Origin: Desulfobacterales bacterium
Lineage (GTDB): Bacteria > Desulfobacterota > Desulfobacteria > Desulfobacterales > SG8-13
Assembly (NCBI GenBank): GCA_051155755.1
Contig: DAXETY010000030.1
Span: 4,551 to 68,550 of the forward strand
Direction of reading: 5' to 3'
DNA length: 64,000 nt
Below the pieces are notes generated by a model. That model worked only from the letters and a program-made list of their open reading frames with translations, ran no database searches and had not been told where the DNA came from. Of this stretch, positions 1 through 11,700 are shown piece by piece; within the stretch, counting starts at the first letter, position 1, and every line of letters starts with the position of its first letter. The position numbers were made by a program, and so were the translations under genes.

Positions 1-381
1 GACCTGCAGCGGCACGCTCAACAGGGAAGCCAGGCCGAGCTTGCGCGCCATTTCCTTTTCTTTGAATCGGGGCTCCTGCAGGACATCGGTGACCATAAAC
101 GGCTTGCAATGGGTGGCCACATATCCGACGACGCCTTCATTGAGACCGAGGGCGCGGTCTTTGACGTAATCGGGATCGATGGCCTGCGTCGCCTTAAGCC
201 GAATGGTCGGCGGTTTGCTGCTGTCGTCGATCAGCCACAGTGAGCAAATTTCCACCCCGGTAACCTTGGCGGTTACCATAACGATCAGCTTCAGGATGTC
301 TTCCAGGTAGAGATCGGAGGTGATCGCACGGCTGATGTCCATCAATGCCCGAATCGATTTCTGATAATCAAGCTGTTCCAT
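1..381 (-). CDS. GAF-domain sensor protein, 5' part (runs off the window edge; possibly GAF-ANTAR)
   Basis: Not in the ORF track. Manual translation: MEQLDYQKSIRALMDISRAITSDLYLEDILKLIVMVTAKVTGVEICSLWL...GEG-like NEGVVGYVA...LLSVPLQV, a typical GAF pattern. An alternative in-frame ATG lies at 402. Confidence 0.8.
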   Translation of the reverse strand, partial: MEQLDYQKSIRALMDISRAITSDLYLEDILKLIVMVTAKVTGVEICSLWLIDDSSKPPTIRLKATQAIDPDYVKDRALGLNEGVVGYVATHCKPFMVTDVLQEPRFKEKEMARKLGLASLLSVPLQV

Positions 382-722
382 GTCGGCGGTACACCTGTTC
401 ATTGAATTACGGAGAATTCCGGAGATTTGTATGCTATACGATAAAAAACAGCGGTGTCAACTTCGCTCTGTTCGAAAGCCGTTTCGATGCCATTGCGGCA
501 TTGACAGGTCCGATCGAACTTTTTTAAGTTCATTGGGCCGGCCCCCGATCAAGAGGCTCCGACGCATTTGGGCCGTTTCCCGAATTGAAGGTTTCAAATT
601 TTCCAAATTGAAATCGATTCAAATTTTCTGAAGAAACACGGAAGGATATTTTTTTTGGGCGTTCGCAACTCCCGGTCTCGTTGTTTACACCGGAATCCAA
701 CCAAATAAGGGAATCAGAGATT

Positions 723-1826
723 ATGACACTGGAGCGCATCCAACAGGTTCGAATGCGATATCCCGAAGCCGGCATCGACACACTGCTGGTGCTCGTAGAT
801 GAAAACCGCCGCTATTTGAGTGGATTCACCGGCGAAGACACGCAATTCGACGAATCGGCCGGAGCGCTGCTGATCAGTGCCTCTGAGCTGATCCTGGCCA
901 CCGATTCACGCTACGAACTGCAGGCCGAACGGGAAGCACCCCTGTTCCGGGTGATCCAGTACCGGGAGGGGCTCGATCGCGAGCTGCCGGCGCTGTTGAA
1001 AACACTGAACACTTCCGTGCTCGGGTTTGAAAGTGTGCGAATGTCCGTCCGGCAGCATGAGAAAATCAGACGGGCGCTCGATGAATCCGGGGTCGCGGTA
1101 ACGCTCAATCCGGTTACGGATCTGGTGGAAGATCTTCGTATCGCCAAAGACGAAAGCGAAATCCGCACCCTTCGCAACGCACTGGCAATCGCCGAGAGTG
1201 CCTTTGAAAATGTATGCAGGCGGATCCGTCCGGGCATGCGCGAAAAGGAACTGGCCTGGATGATGGAGCAAAGCATGCGGGAAGCCGGCGCCGACAGCCT
1301 ATCGTTTCCGGTCATCGTCGCTTCCGGGCCCAATGCAGCCCTGCCGCACGCCATTCCCGGAGAACGCAAAATCCGTAAGGGAGAACCGATCCTGTTCGAC
1401 TGGGGTGCGCGACTGCAGGGCTATTGTTCCGATATTTCCCGCACCGTAATGATCGGAGAGCCCGATGAGACCTTCCGTCGGGTATTTCAGACGGTACTCG
1501 ACGCACAGCAGCTTGCCATTGGATCCATTCAAGCCGGAGTCAGTTCAAAGGCGGTCGACAAAATTGCCCGAGATCACATCGAGCGGCAGGGCTTCGGCGG
1601 CAAATTCGGACATGGCCTTGGACACGGCACCGGGTTGGCCATTCACGAGGCGCCCCGTCTAAGCCCGCTCAAGGACACCCGCCTGGCGCCCGGCATGGTC
1701 ACAACGGTGGAACCGGGCATTTACCTGCCCGATTGGGGCGGGGTGAGAATCGAGAATATGGTGGTGGTGCGCGAAAATAGTTGCGAGGTGCTCAATCAAA
1801 GTGATCCGGGTTTTCACCGGATATAG
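723..1826 (+). CDS. Xaa-Pro aminopeptidase (M24B)
   Basis: N-terminal creatinase-like domain (ENRRYLSGFTG, TDSRY) and metal ligands in FDWGA, SDISRT, GHGLGHG, HEAP, TVEPG, RIEN. ATG at 723 preferred over TTG at 681. Confidence 0.93.
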   Translation: MTLERIQQVRMRYPEAGIDTLLVLVDENRRYLSGFTGEDTQFDESAGALLISASELILATDSRYELQAEREAPLFRVIQYREGLDRELPALLKTLNTSVLGFESVRMSVRQHEKIRRALDESGVAVTLNPVTDLVEDLRIAKDESEIRTLRNALAIAESAFENVCRRIRPGMREKELAWMMEQSMREAGADSLSFPVIVASGPNAALPHAIPGERKIRKGEPILFDWGARLQGYCSDISRTVMIGEPDETFRRVFQTVLDAQQLAIGSIQAGVSSKAVDKIARDHIERQGFGGKFGHGLGHGTGLAIHEAPRLSPLKDTRLAPGMVTTVEPGIYLPDWGGVRIENMVVVRENSCEVLNQSDPGFHRI

Positions 1827-1836
1827 GGGTACTTCC

Positions 1837-2075
1837 GGTTCGATTGGTTGGATTGGTTCAATTGGTTCCCGGATTGCAGTGCCTATCAGAAATTGAAACG
1901 GCGAAAGGACGGAACGGCGAAACGGCGCAAACCAAGCGCTTTCATGGTATTTGGTTTTCATTTTACACTTTAGGCATTTATAATTTTAGGCATTTACTTT
2001 GAGCTTTCAGCTTTCAGCTTTGAGCTCATTTGCTATGAACTATGAGCTATCAGCTATCAGCTAACTGCTATGAAC
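1837..2075 (+). repeat. Composite repeat island A: (GGTTNNATT)x3, GAAATTGAAACGGCG core, TTTAGGCATTT x2, TTT(G/C)AGC x4, TAT(G/C)A(A/G)C x4-5
   Basis: Read directly from the sequence; the same modules recur at 17345-17580 and 23259-23775. Confidence 0.9.
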
Positions 2076-2969
2076 AACAACCCCGACACCCTGATCGACC
2101 GCTACCTGGAGTATCTTCTGGTGGAAAAGGGGCTGGCCCGCAAGACGCTGGAGGCCTACAGCCTCGATCTGGCCGGCTACGCCGACTTTCGGATCGGCCT
2201 GGGTGCGAAAGAATTCTCCGAAGAAGATACCGCCCTGATCCTGCGGTATCTGATCGCGCTGCGCGGCCGTGGGCTGAGCGCCCGCAGCCGGGCCCGCCAC
2301 CTGGTCACCATCCGGGGGTTTTATCAGTTTCTGGTAGCGGAAAACGTGTTGGAAAAAGACCCCTCGGTGTTGATCGACCTGCCCAAAAGCGGTCTGAAAC
2401 TGCCGGAGGTGCTCTCTTACGACGAAGTTCGCCGCATTCTGGACGCACCCGATGTGGAAAAATCCAACGGCATCCGGGACGCGGCCATGCTCGAGCTGCT
2501 GTATGCATCCGGCTTGCGGGTATCGGAGTTGGTAAATCTCCGCGTTCAAGACGTCAACCTGGAAGCCGGTTATGTGAGGGTTTTCGGCAAAGGCGCCAAA
2601 GAGCGCGTTGTTCCTTTCGGTCGCCACGCCCGGGAAAAAATGAGCGGCTACCTGGAATCGGCCCGCAGTCGTTTGTTGAAAGGCCGTTCCAGTATCTATC
2701 TGTTTCCGGCCCGGGCCGGCCGGCCGATGACCCGGCAGGGGTTCTGGAAACTGCTGCGCCGTTACTGCACCAAAGCCGGTATTCGCAAAACCATCACACC
2801 GCACACGCTGCGGCATTCCTTTGCCAGCCACCTTCTGGAAGGCGGAGCCGATCTGCGTGCCGTTCAAATCATGCTGGGACATGTCGACATCGCCACCACC
2901 CAGATTTACACCCATGTGGCCCGGGATCGCTTGAAGCAGGTCCACCGCAAGTTTCATCCGCGGCAGTGA
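2070..2969 (+). CDS. xerD: Site-specific tyrosine recombinase XerD
   Basis: ELLYASGLRVSEL, GKGAKERVVP, HTLRHSFASHLLEGGADLRAVQIMLGHVDIATTQIYTH and C-terminal HPR. Confidence 0.93.
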   Translation: MNNNPDTLIDRYLEYLLVEKGLARKTLEAYSLDLAGYADFRIGLGAKEFSEEDTALILRYLIALRGRGLSARSRARHLVTIRGFYQFLVAENVLEKDPSVLIDLPKSGLKLPEVLSYDEVRRILDAPDVEKSNGIRDAAMLELLYASGLRVSELVNLRVQDVNLEAGYVRVFGKGAKERVVPFGRHAREKMSGYLESARSRLLKGRSSIYLFPARAGRPMTRQGFWKLLRRYCTKAGIRKTITPHTLRHSFASHLLEGGADLRAVQIMLGHVDIATTQIYTHVARDRLKQVHRKFHPRQ

Positions 2970-3161
2970 CGATCCCGGCTTGACTTCCAGGATGGCTTCC
3001 CTTACCCTGTAAGGCTTTCGGAGCACGGCACATCCGCATCATGGTTGCATCATGGTACGGAACGAATTGACGGATCAGGTGCCCGGATTTGCAATTGCCG
3101 GTGGCCCATCCGGTGCGCCAAACAAGTCATATGGGTTTTAAGGGGCTTGCATCCCCGGAGA

Positions 3162-4847
3162 ATGCTGTCTATGCACCTTGACATCGATCTTCATAACCCC
3201 GTCGGCTGGTGGTTTGACCCGCAGCAAACGCCGCAAACAGGCAGTCAGGCCTTGCGCACGGCCTTACACGACGTCCGATCGCCGCTTTATCTGGTCAATT
3301 TCGACGGCCGCCCGGCCGTGGTGCGAAACGGAACGGCAACCTTGATTCCGAAGGCCGACCGCCGCAGGCCGGAAAAAACACTGCCGCTGCTGGCTGCAGT
3401 CCCACCGCTGCACCCGCGAAACCTGGGAAGTCCTCATTTTCGTCGAGCCGTCGGTGTGCATTATCCTTACGTGGTGGGTGCCATGGCCAACGGCATCACT
3501 TCCGTCACCATGGTGGAAGCTGCCGCCCGGGCCGGGCTGCTCGCATTTTTCGGTGCCGCCGGACTGGTTCCGTCCGAGATCGAAGCGGCCGTTCGAAATC
3601 TGCAGCAACGCCTCGTCAATCTCCCGTTCGGATCGAACCTGATTCACAGCCCCAACGAACCGGAACTGGAAAAAGCCACCGTCGAACTGTACCTGAACCT
3701 GGGTCTGCGACTGGTCAGCGCATCGGCCTATCTGGATCTGACCCCTCCGCTGGTGCACTATCGCGTGAAGGGGGTCCATCGGGACGCGGATGGGCGAATC
3801 GTCTGTCCCAACCGGGTGGTAGCCAAAGTTTCGCGGATCGAAGTGGCGCGAAAATTTTTCGCGCCGCCGCCGGAAAAAATCCTGCGCCACCTGCAGGACA
3901 GCCACCAGATCACTGCCGCCGAAGCCGACCTGGCCCGCCGAATCCCCCTGGCTGACATGCTGACTGCCGAAGCCGACTCCGGCGGTCACACCGACAACCA
4001 GCCGGCCATCGCCCTGCTGCCGACCATGCTGGCGCTGCGGGACCGGATGGTCGAACGCCATAGCTATGACCGACCGCTTTGTGTGGGACTGGCCGGGGGC
4101 ATTGCGACACCGGAGTCCACCGCCGCCGCTTTCGCCCTTGGCGCCGACTATGTTTTGACCGGTTCGGTGAACCAGGCCTGCCTGGAAGCCGGCACGTCCA
4201 CTGCGGTCCGGGCCATGCTGGCCGAAGCCTGCCAGGCAGACGTCACCATGGCGCCGGCGGCCGACATGTTCGAAATGGGCGTCAAGGTCCAGGTCCTCAA
4301 ACGCGGCACCATGTTCGCGTTCCGGGCCGCCCGACTGTATGATTTGTACTGCCGCTATGGTTGCCTGGCGGATATTCCAGAAAGGGATATTCAATTTCTG
4401 GAGCGGGACCTGTTTCGACGCAGTATTTCAGAGGAATGGGAGGCGACCCGGGTTTTTTTCCAGCAGCGCGATCCCCGTCAGATCGAGTTGGCCGGTTCCG
4501 ACCCCAAGCACAAAATGGCGCTTGTGTTTCGCTCTTACCTGGGACGCTCGTCCACGTGGGCCAATATGGGCGAATCCAGCCGCAAAATCGATTATCAGGT
4601 CTGGTGCGGCCCTTCCATGGGCGCATTCAACGAGTGGGCCCGCGATTCGTTTCTGCAGGCGCCGGATCACCGCACCACGGAGACGGTGGCCCTGAACCTG
4701 CTGCTGGGCGCCGCGGTGAAAACCCGGAATCACTGGCTCCGCAGCCAGGGGGTCGAACTGCCGGTATCGACGGCCGCTTTCCGCCCCCTGCCGCTGCCGG
4801 AAATCCGCAAACTGCTCGACGGTTCGTTTGCCGACCGGACCGGTTGA
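3162..4847 (+). CDS. pfaD: PfaD-family enoyl-ACP reductase (PUFA synthase)
   Basis: GAMANGI, NLIHSP, EADSGGHTDN, APAADMFEMGVKVQVLKRG and DYQVWCGP motifs. Start uncertain (3162 or 3171). Confidence 0.93.
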   Translation: MLSMHLDIDLHNPVGWWFDPQQTPQTGSQALRTALHDVRSPLYLVNFDGRPAVVRNGTATLIPKADRRRPEKTLPLLAAVPPLHPRNLGSPHFRRAVGVHYPYVVGAMANGITSVTMVEAAARAGLLAFFGAAGLVPSEIEAAVRNLQQRLVNLPFGSNLIHSPNEPELEKATVELYLNLGLRLVSASAYLDLTPPLVHYRVKGVHRDADGRIVCPNRVVAKVSRIEVARKFFAPPPEKILRHLQDSHQITAAEADLARRIPLADMLTAEADSGGHTDNQPAIALLPTMLALRDRMVERHSYDRPLCVGLAGGIATPESTAAAFALGADYVLTGSVNQACLEAGTSTAVRAMLAEACQADVTMAPAADMFEMGVKVQVLKRGTMFAFRAARLYDLYCRYGCLADIPERDIQFLERDLFRRSISEEWEATRVFFQQRDPRQIELAGSDPKHKMALVFRSYLGRSSTWANMGESSRKIDYQVWCGPSMGAFNEWARDSFLQAPDHRTTETVALNLLLGAAVKTRNHWLRSQGVELPVSTAAFRPLPLPEIRKLLDGSFADRTG

Positions 4848-4913
4848 ATCCGCCTGCCTCCGATTTCCACTGCAAATCGGCATGGAAGCGATCAGAGAAA
4901 AAGGGCATCCTTG

Positions 4914-5510
4914 TCAATCCTGCGTGGACTTCGTATCTTCGCGCAACGCCGCAAAATGTCTTCGGTCCAGTTCCAGGGCCCCTACGAACCAGCGCAGCGC
5001 GTCGGTCACCCGCAACAGAGCGCCCCGAAACCGCTCCGGAGCCGGTGTGCCGTCGGGTTGCACCCGCTCGACAAACCGTTCCTCAACGAAGGCATCCTCC
5101 AGCCGATGCCGCTCCAAAAGTCCGCGCAGACGATATTGAAATACCGGTACCCGGCCGGGACCGGAAGGCATGCGATAAATTTCGATGGAAAGATCGCGGA
5201 CGCGGGTCCAAGGGATTGATTCGACCTGATTTTTGGAAACGGTCCCGGTGAAAATCCCACTCTGCAGAAGCCAGGGGTTCAAATCTGACAGAATCATGCG
5301 GGCTTCCGGTATGACAAACTTCAGATCGGCCACCAGCACCCCTCCCAGAAACACGGTCAGCGCATCGTCGACACTGTACTGGCGCGCATAGCCGGACTGC
5401 AATCCGCCCAGTGGATCCGGCGGCAGAAACTCGCGCGACCAACGTTTCCATTTGGCGGTCGGCAGGCTCAATCGCCGGGCCAATTCCCGGTTGGTATAAA
5501 AACGCAACAT
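4914..5510 (-). CDS. Hypothetical protein with N-terminal MerR-like helix-turn-helix
   Basis: YTNRELARRLSLPTAKWKRWSREFL...GYARQYSVDD resembles a MerR/excisionase wHTH. Divergent from pfaA. Confidence 0.6.
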   Translation of the reverse strand: MLRFYTNRELARRLSLPTAKWKRWSREFLPPDPLGGLQSGYARQYSVDDALTVFLGGVLVADLKFVIPEARMILSDLNPWLLQSGIFTGTVSKNQVESIPWTRVRDLSIEIYRMPSGPGRVPVFQYRLRGLLERHRLEDAFVEERFVERVQPDGTPAPERFRGALLRVTDALRWFVGALELDRRHFAALREDTKSTQD

Positions 5511-5529
5511 GATAAAATCTCCATGGTTG

Positions 5530-5559
5530 TTTACTTGTTATATCAATATAACAAGTAAA
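5530..5559. promoter_or_regulatory. Perfect 14-bp inverted repeat, candidate operator
   Basis: TTTACTTGTTATAT-CA-ATATAACAAGTAAA in the AT-rich divergent gap between the HTH gene and pfaA. Confidence 0.65.
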
Positions 5560-5751
5560 AAATTACGTCAATCCCTTGCTTTTTTTCGGCAAATGCCTTA
5601 TAAAAATAAGCTTATCTGTGCATCCAAACATTCATTGTATCTGCGGCGACCTCGACAATCGCTCAAATTCGGTTTGACAAAGGGTCATCGACGCGTTTCC
5701 TGCATGCAGATCCTCTCTGAATGAAAATTCTTAACTTCAGGGTAACGGCCT

Positions 5752-8700
5752 TTGAAAACTGAAACCGAGACCAACGGCGCTTCCGATATCCCGATTGCCG
5801 TTATCGGCCTGGGATGCCTGTTTCCCCGGTCCAATGGGTTGCACGAATACTGGCGCTTGCTTCTGGAAGGAGAAGATGCCATCGGTGAAGTGCCCCCCAG
5901 CCACTGGTCGGCCGGAGATTATTTCGATCCCGATCCGAAGAAACCGGACCACACTTACTGTACGCGCGGCGGTTTCCTGTCGCCGGTGATTTTTGACCCC
6001 ACCGAATTCGGCATACCGCCCAACAGCCTGGAGGCCACCGATACCTCCCAGTTGCTGGGATTGGTGGCCGCTAAAATGGCACTGGAGGATGCCGGCTACG
6101 TTGACGGAAAGGACTTTGCCCGGGAGCGCACCAGCGTGATTCTCGGGGTCACCGGCACCCAGGAGCTGGTGGTGCCGCTCGCCTCCCGACTCGGCCACCC
6201 GCGATGGCGGCAGGCGTTGCAGCAGGCCGGAGTTTCACCGGAGACCAGCGAAGCGGTGATCGACGGAATTGCACAGTCCTATGTCCCCTGGCAGGAAAAC
6301 TCCTTTCCGGGTCTGCTGGGCAACGTCGTGGCCGGCCGAATCTGCAACCGCCTGAATCTGGGCGGCACCAATTGCGTGGTGGATGCTGCCTGCGCCAGTT
6401 CCATGGGAGCGTTGCACCTTGCCCTCATGGAGCTTTACGCCGGTCGCAGCGACATGGTGATCACCGGGGGTGTCGATACGCTCAATGACATCTTCATGCA
6501 CATGTGCTTTGCCAAGACCCGCATTCTGTCGCCCACCGGCGACATCCGGCCGTTTTCCCAGGATGCCGACGGCACCCTGCTGGGGGAAGGCGTCGGCCTG
6601 CTGGTGCTCAAACGCCTTGCCGATGCGCAACATGACGGAGATCGCATCTATGCCGTTCTGCGGGGCATCGGCAGTGCCAGCGACGGCCGCTCCCAGAGCA
6701 TATACGCCCCCCGCAAGGAGGGCCAGGAGCGATGCCTGCAGTCGGCCTATGCCGCAGCCGGCATCGATCCGGCGACGGTTTCCCTGGTCGAAGCCCACGG
6801 TACGGGCACCCGGGTCGGTGACAAGGTCGAATTCGAGGCGCTGAAAACGGTTTTCGCCTCCCGCAACGGTTCCAGTGAGCGCTGCGCGTTGGGATCGGTC
6901 AAATCCATGATCGGTCACACCAAGGCCGCCGCCGGGGCCGCCGGACTGATTAAAGCCGTCCTGGCACTTCATCACAAGGTTCTGCCGCCGACGCTCAAGG
7001 TGCAACAGCCCGATGCCCAGCTTGATATCGAAAACAGCCCCTTTTACCTGAACACGCGCAGTCGTCCCTGGTTTGCCGGTGAGGGACAGTCCCGAAGGGC
7101 CGGTGTCAGCGCCTTCGGCTTCGGTGGCAGTAATTTCCACGTGGTATTGGAAGAATCCGGCCCTTCAAAAACCGATACTGCCTGGGACAGCCAGGTCGAA
7201 ATCCTGGCTCTGTCCGCCGATTCGAAGCCGGCGCTGCTGGAAAAGCTGCATCGACTGCAAAACGATGCGGCAAGTGCCTACGAAAACGACCGGTTTTCGG
7301 TTCTGGCCGCCGACACCCGTGGCGAGTTTTCCGCTGAGGCTGCCCATCGCTGGTTGTGGGCCGCGGACCACGGCACGATGAAAACACGCGGGCCTTCCGC
7401 CATCCTGGCAGAAGCCCTGCAGGCCATCGGGCCGGATGCGTCGGACCTTCGCCCGGTAAACCGTTCGATTTTCTATGGCAAGGGACCCAAAAACGGCGGG
7501 CTGGCCTTTCTGTTTCCCGGTCAGGGCAGCCAGTATCCGGACATGGGCCGCGACCTGGTCTGCCGATTTCCGGAGGCCTTCGCCGTGCTGGAAAATGCCA
7601 ATCGGCACGTCGAGGGAGAACGGAAACTCACGGACTGGATTTATCCCGAATCGCCGGCCGCTCGAGCCAACCGGCCTCCGGACGGATTGACGGACACCCG
7701 GATCGCCCAACCGGCCATCGGGGCAGTCAGCCTGGCCATGCTGCGGGTTTTGCAGCGTTTCGAGCTTCGACCCCAGGCTCTTGGCGGACACAGCTTTGGG
7801 GAGCTGACCGCCCTGGCGGCGGCCGGGCGCCTTCCGCAACCGGAATTTTTAAAACTGGCGGCGGCGCGCGGGCGCTTGATGGGCGATGCCGGCCGGCGAC
7901 AGCCGGGGGGCATGACCGCCGTGCAGGCGCCGCTGGAGCGGATCGAGGACTTGATTGCCGAACACGGGTTGGATCTGGTGCTGGCAAACCGTAACGCTCC
8001 CAATCAGGGAGTGGTATCCGGTGCCCCGGCAGCGCTGAAAACCTTCGAAACGCTGTGCCGGTACCAGGGTATCCGCAGTGTGCGCCTGCCGGTTTCGGCC
8101 GCTTTTCACAGCCCGCTGGTGGCCGAGGCGCTGAAGCCCTTTCAGGAAGTCGCAGCCCGGGTTGCCTTCCAGTCCGCCACGATTCCGGTTTACGCCAATG
8201 CCACCGCCGGAATCTACCCTGCCGGGGAAGACGAAAGCGCCGCACTCATGGCCCGCCAGCTGCGCCAGCCGGTGTGCTTTGTCGAAATGATCCGAGCCAT
8301 GCATCGGGACGGCATGCGCATGTTCGTTGAAATCGGCCCCAGAAAGATTCTCTCCGGCCTGGTATCGGCGATCCTCGCCGAAGAACCGTCCGTGCGAACC
8401 GTTGCGATGGATGCCTCCGGAGGCCGACACTCCGGATTGTACGATCTGGCCGAAGTCCTTTGCACCCTGGCCGCCGCGGGTTACGGTCCGAACCTGCGCC
8501 GCTGGGGAAACGCCACCCGCAAAAAGCGATCGACGCGTATGCAGGTTCGCCTTACCGGAGCAAACCATGTCTCACAAAAAACCACCTTCGCACCGCCGCC
8601 GGCGCCTGCAAAACCCCGCCCGTCAAGCAATCGGACGCAAAACCAGCAAGAGCCGCGACCTGCGCTGCCCGCTGCAGCGGCAAGCCGGCATGACGATGCA

Positions 8701-11700
8701 ATTGGAAATCAAACCATGAATAAAGATGCCCGATTTACCTCCGGAGACGAATTCATCCGCCAGGCCATGGCAGCCGTTCAGCAGGGGTTGCAGACCATGC
8801 AGTCCCTGCAGGAACAAACCGCCCGGGCCCATGAAAAGTTCCTGGAAACCCAGAAAGAAGCCAGCCGCACCCTGCAGATGATGATGGACAGCACCCGCCG
8901 GCTTACCGAACCAAGCGCGGCATCCCCGCTGCCCGCCACGTTGCCGGCATCAGAGGGGTCGGAAAATCATACGACGGCCGCACCGGTAAATCCAGGCGTA
9001 ATCCATCGTGAAGCGGCGGACACCTCCGTCGATTCGATTGAAAAACCGGCCGCGGCGGTCGCCGAAGATCGGCCGCCTTCCCTGCCGGCGGCCAAGTCCA
9101 AAACGCAGGAACCTCGTCCGCCGGCATTGGCCGATGCACCGGATGCACAAACGGCAGTCGGCGCCGGATCGAGCCGTTTGTTGGAAGTAATGCTGGCAGT
9201 GGTCGGAGAGTTGACCGGGTATCCCGTCGAGACCATCGACCCGGGTATGGACATCGAGGCGGATCTGGGCATCGACTCGATCAAACGGGTTGAAATCCTG
9301 TCGGCACTGGAAGAGCGATTGCCCGAACTGCCGACGGTGCCCCCCGACGTGCTCGGTCGAACCAAAACGCTGCGGGAAATCGAGGCGCTGCTGGATCGGG
9401 AAACCGCCGCCGATTCATTTTCACCGGAAGACCCTTCCGAACGGCCGGCTCCATCCGAAACCGCGGCGAAGAGTGCCGCAACGGCTGCGGGTCCCGGCCC
9501 GCTGATGGAACTGGTGCGCAATGTGGTTAGCGATCTGACGGGATATCCCACCGAGACCATCGATCCGGATATGGATATCGAAGCCGACCTGGGCATCGAT
9601 TCCATCAAGCGCGTAGAAATTCTGTCGGCCGTGGAAGAACGCATGCCGAATCTGCCGCCCATTGCGCCGGAAGTGTTGGGCCGGCTGAAAACACTGGCCC
9701 AGATCGTCGAACAGTTCCAAAAAGGCCCTGCCGCCGAACCGAATCCGGCAGATGAGATGCCGACAGTCGAGGAACCGTCGCAATCCGCAGCACCGGCCTC
9801 GCAGGCCGACCCGGACAGCCCCCCGCAGCCGCTGGATCGTTATCGGCTCAAAGCGGTAAAACAACGATCGGCATCCTCGCATGGGGGTCTGACCATCCCC
9901 GCCGGACGCAAGGTGTTCATCACCGAAGACGGCGGCGGGTTTGCCGCCGCGATTGCCGACTGTCTGGGAGAACGGGGCATCAACACGGTGCTCGTCTCCC
10001 ACGATATTTTGCGCCACCGCTCCCGGCTGCCGGCAGCCGGCGGGCTCATACTGGTCACCGGACCCCAAACCACCCTGGATACAGATTACCTCAAAGCCCT
10101 GTTTGAACTGACCCGCAGTCAGGCAGAACCTCTGATGACGTCGGCCACAGCCGGCGGCGCCCTTTTTGCCACGATCACAAGAATGGACGGCAGTTTCGGC
10201 TGCGACGGCGAAGGGATCGCCAACCCCCTGCAGGGCGCTCTGGCCGGACTGGCGAAAACCGCCGCCCTGGAATGGGAAAACGTGCGGTGCCGGGCGCTGG
10301 ACGTGTCCCCCAGCTGGACCGATGTCACTGCGGCAGCCGAAGCAGTGGCAGCCGAGCTGCTGGAATCCGCTGCAACCGATGCGATCGAGGTCGGTCTGGA
10401 CCGCGATCGCAGAATCGTGCTGGAAATGGAGACCGCCGCCCTGGCGGAAACCGACCCGACCGATGTCGGCCTCGATGACGGAGACCTGGTACTGGTCAGC
10501 GGCGGAGCGCGGGGGATCGCGGCGGCGGCCGCCCGTGCGTTGGCTGCCCGGGCCAGGCTGAAACTGTTGCTGCTGGGTCGCTCCCCCGCACCGAAAGTCG
10601 AACCCGAATGGTTGGATGGCCTGCAATCCGAGGCTGAAATCAAAAAAGCGATCCTGGCCCATGAGTTTTCCGATGATCGCATCCCGCCGCGCCGACTCGA
10701 AGCCGCCTATCAACGCATCTTGGCCAATCGACAGGTCATCCGGACACTGGCGGTCATCCGGGCTACCGGTTCCGAAGCATTCTACCACAGCGTTGACGTC
10801 CGGGATCGGGAGGCGGTATCGAGAATCGCAGCTGAACGGCAGCGCGAATTCGGCCCGGTGCGCGCCCTGATCCACGCCGCCGGGGTGTTGCAGGACCGTT
10901 TGATCGTCGACAAAACCCCGGAGCAGTTCGAAACGGTGTTTTCCACCAAAGTCGACGGTCTGCTGGCGCTGCTGCAGGCGGTCGAATTCTCACAGCTCAA
11001 GCACTTGGTGCTGTTTTCTTCGGTCGCCGGGCGGTCCGGCAACCGGGGACAGGCCGATTACGCCATGGCCAACGAGGCCCTCAATAAAATCGCCCGGCAA
11101 CTGGCCGTCGAACTGCCCCACGTCCGGGTGCGCGCCGTCAACTGGGGCCCCTGGGACGGCGGCATGGTACAACCGGCGCTGCGGCGGGAGTTCGAACGCC
11201 GCGGCATCTCTCTGATACCGGTCAACCAGGGCTGCAGCCACCTGCTGGGTGAAATGGCCCTGAAATCCTCGGACGTGGAAATCGTCGTGGGGGCCGCGCA
11301 GCTGTCGCCGCCTCAAACCCGGCCGCAGTTGGAGGTCTCGGCCCCGCCGGCCGTCGATCCCGCGGAAGCCGAACTGACGCTTGCGTTCGCACGAGACATC
11401 GATATCGAGACCCATCCGGTGCTCAAATCCCACGTCATCGCCGGCCGACCGGTGGTTCCCCTGGCCCTGATGGCCGAATGGTTCGGCCAGAGTGCCCTGC
11501 ACGAAAACCCGGGGTTGATCCTCCAGGGACTGGAAGACATGCGGGTCTTGAAGGGCATCGACATCGACGGCAAGGCGAAACGGGTTCGACTGATGGCCGG
11601 CAGGCCGAACCGCAGCGGCGCTCACTACGAAGTGCCCCTGGAGATACGCGATGCAAGTGACCGGGTGCTTCACAGCCGCGCCCGGGCGATACTCACCGAT

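Noticed and set aside
2070-2969. Integron integrase or prophage integrase
   Set aside because: The sequence is typical XerD, lacks the IntI-specific insertion, and no attC cassettes or phage genes are adjacent.
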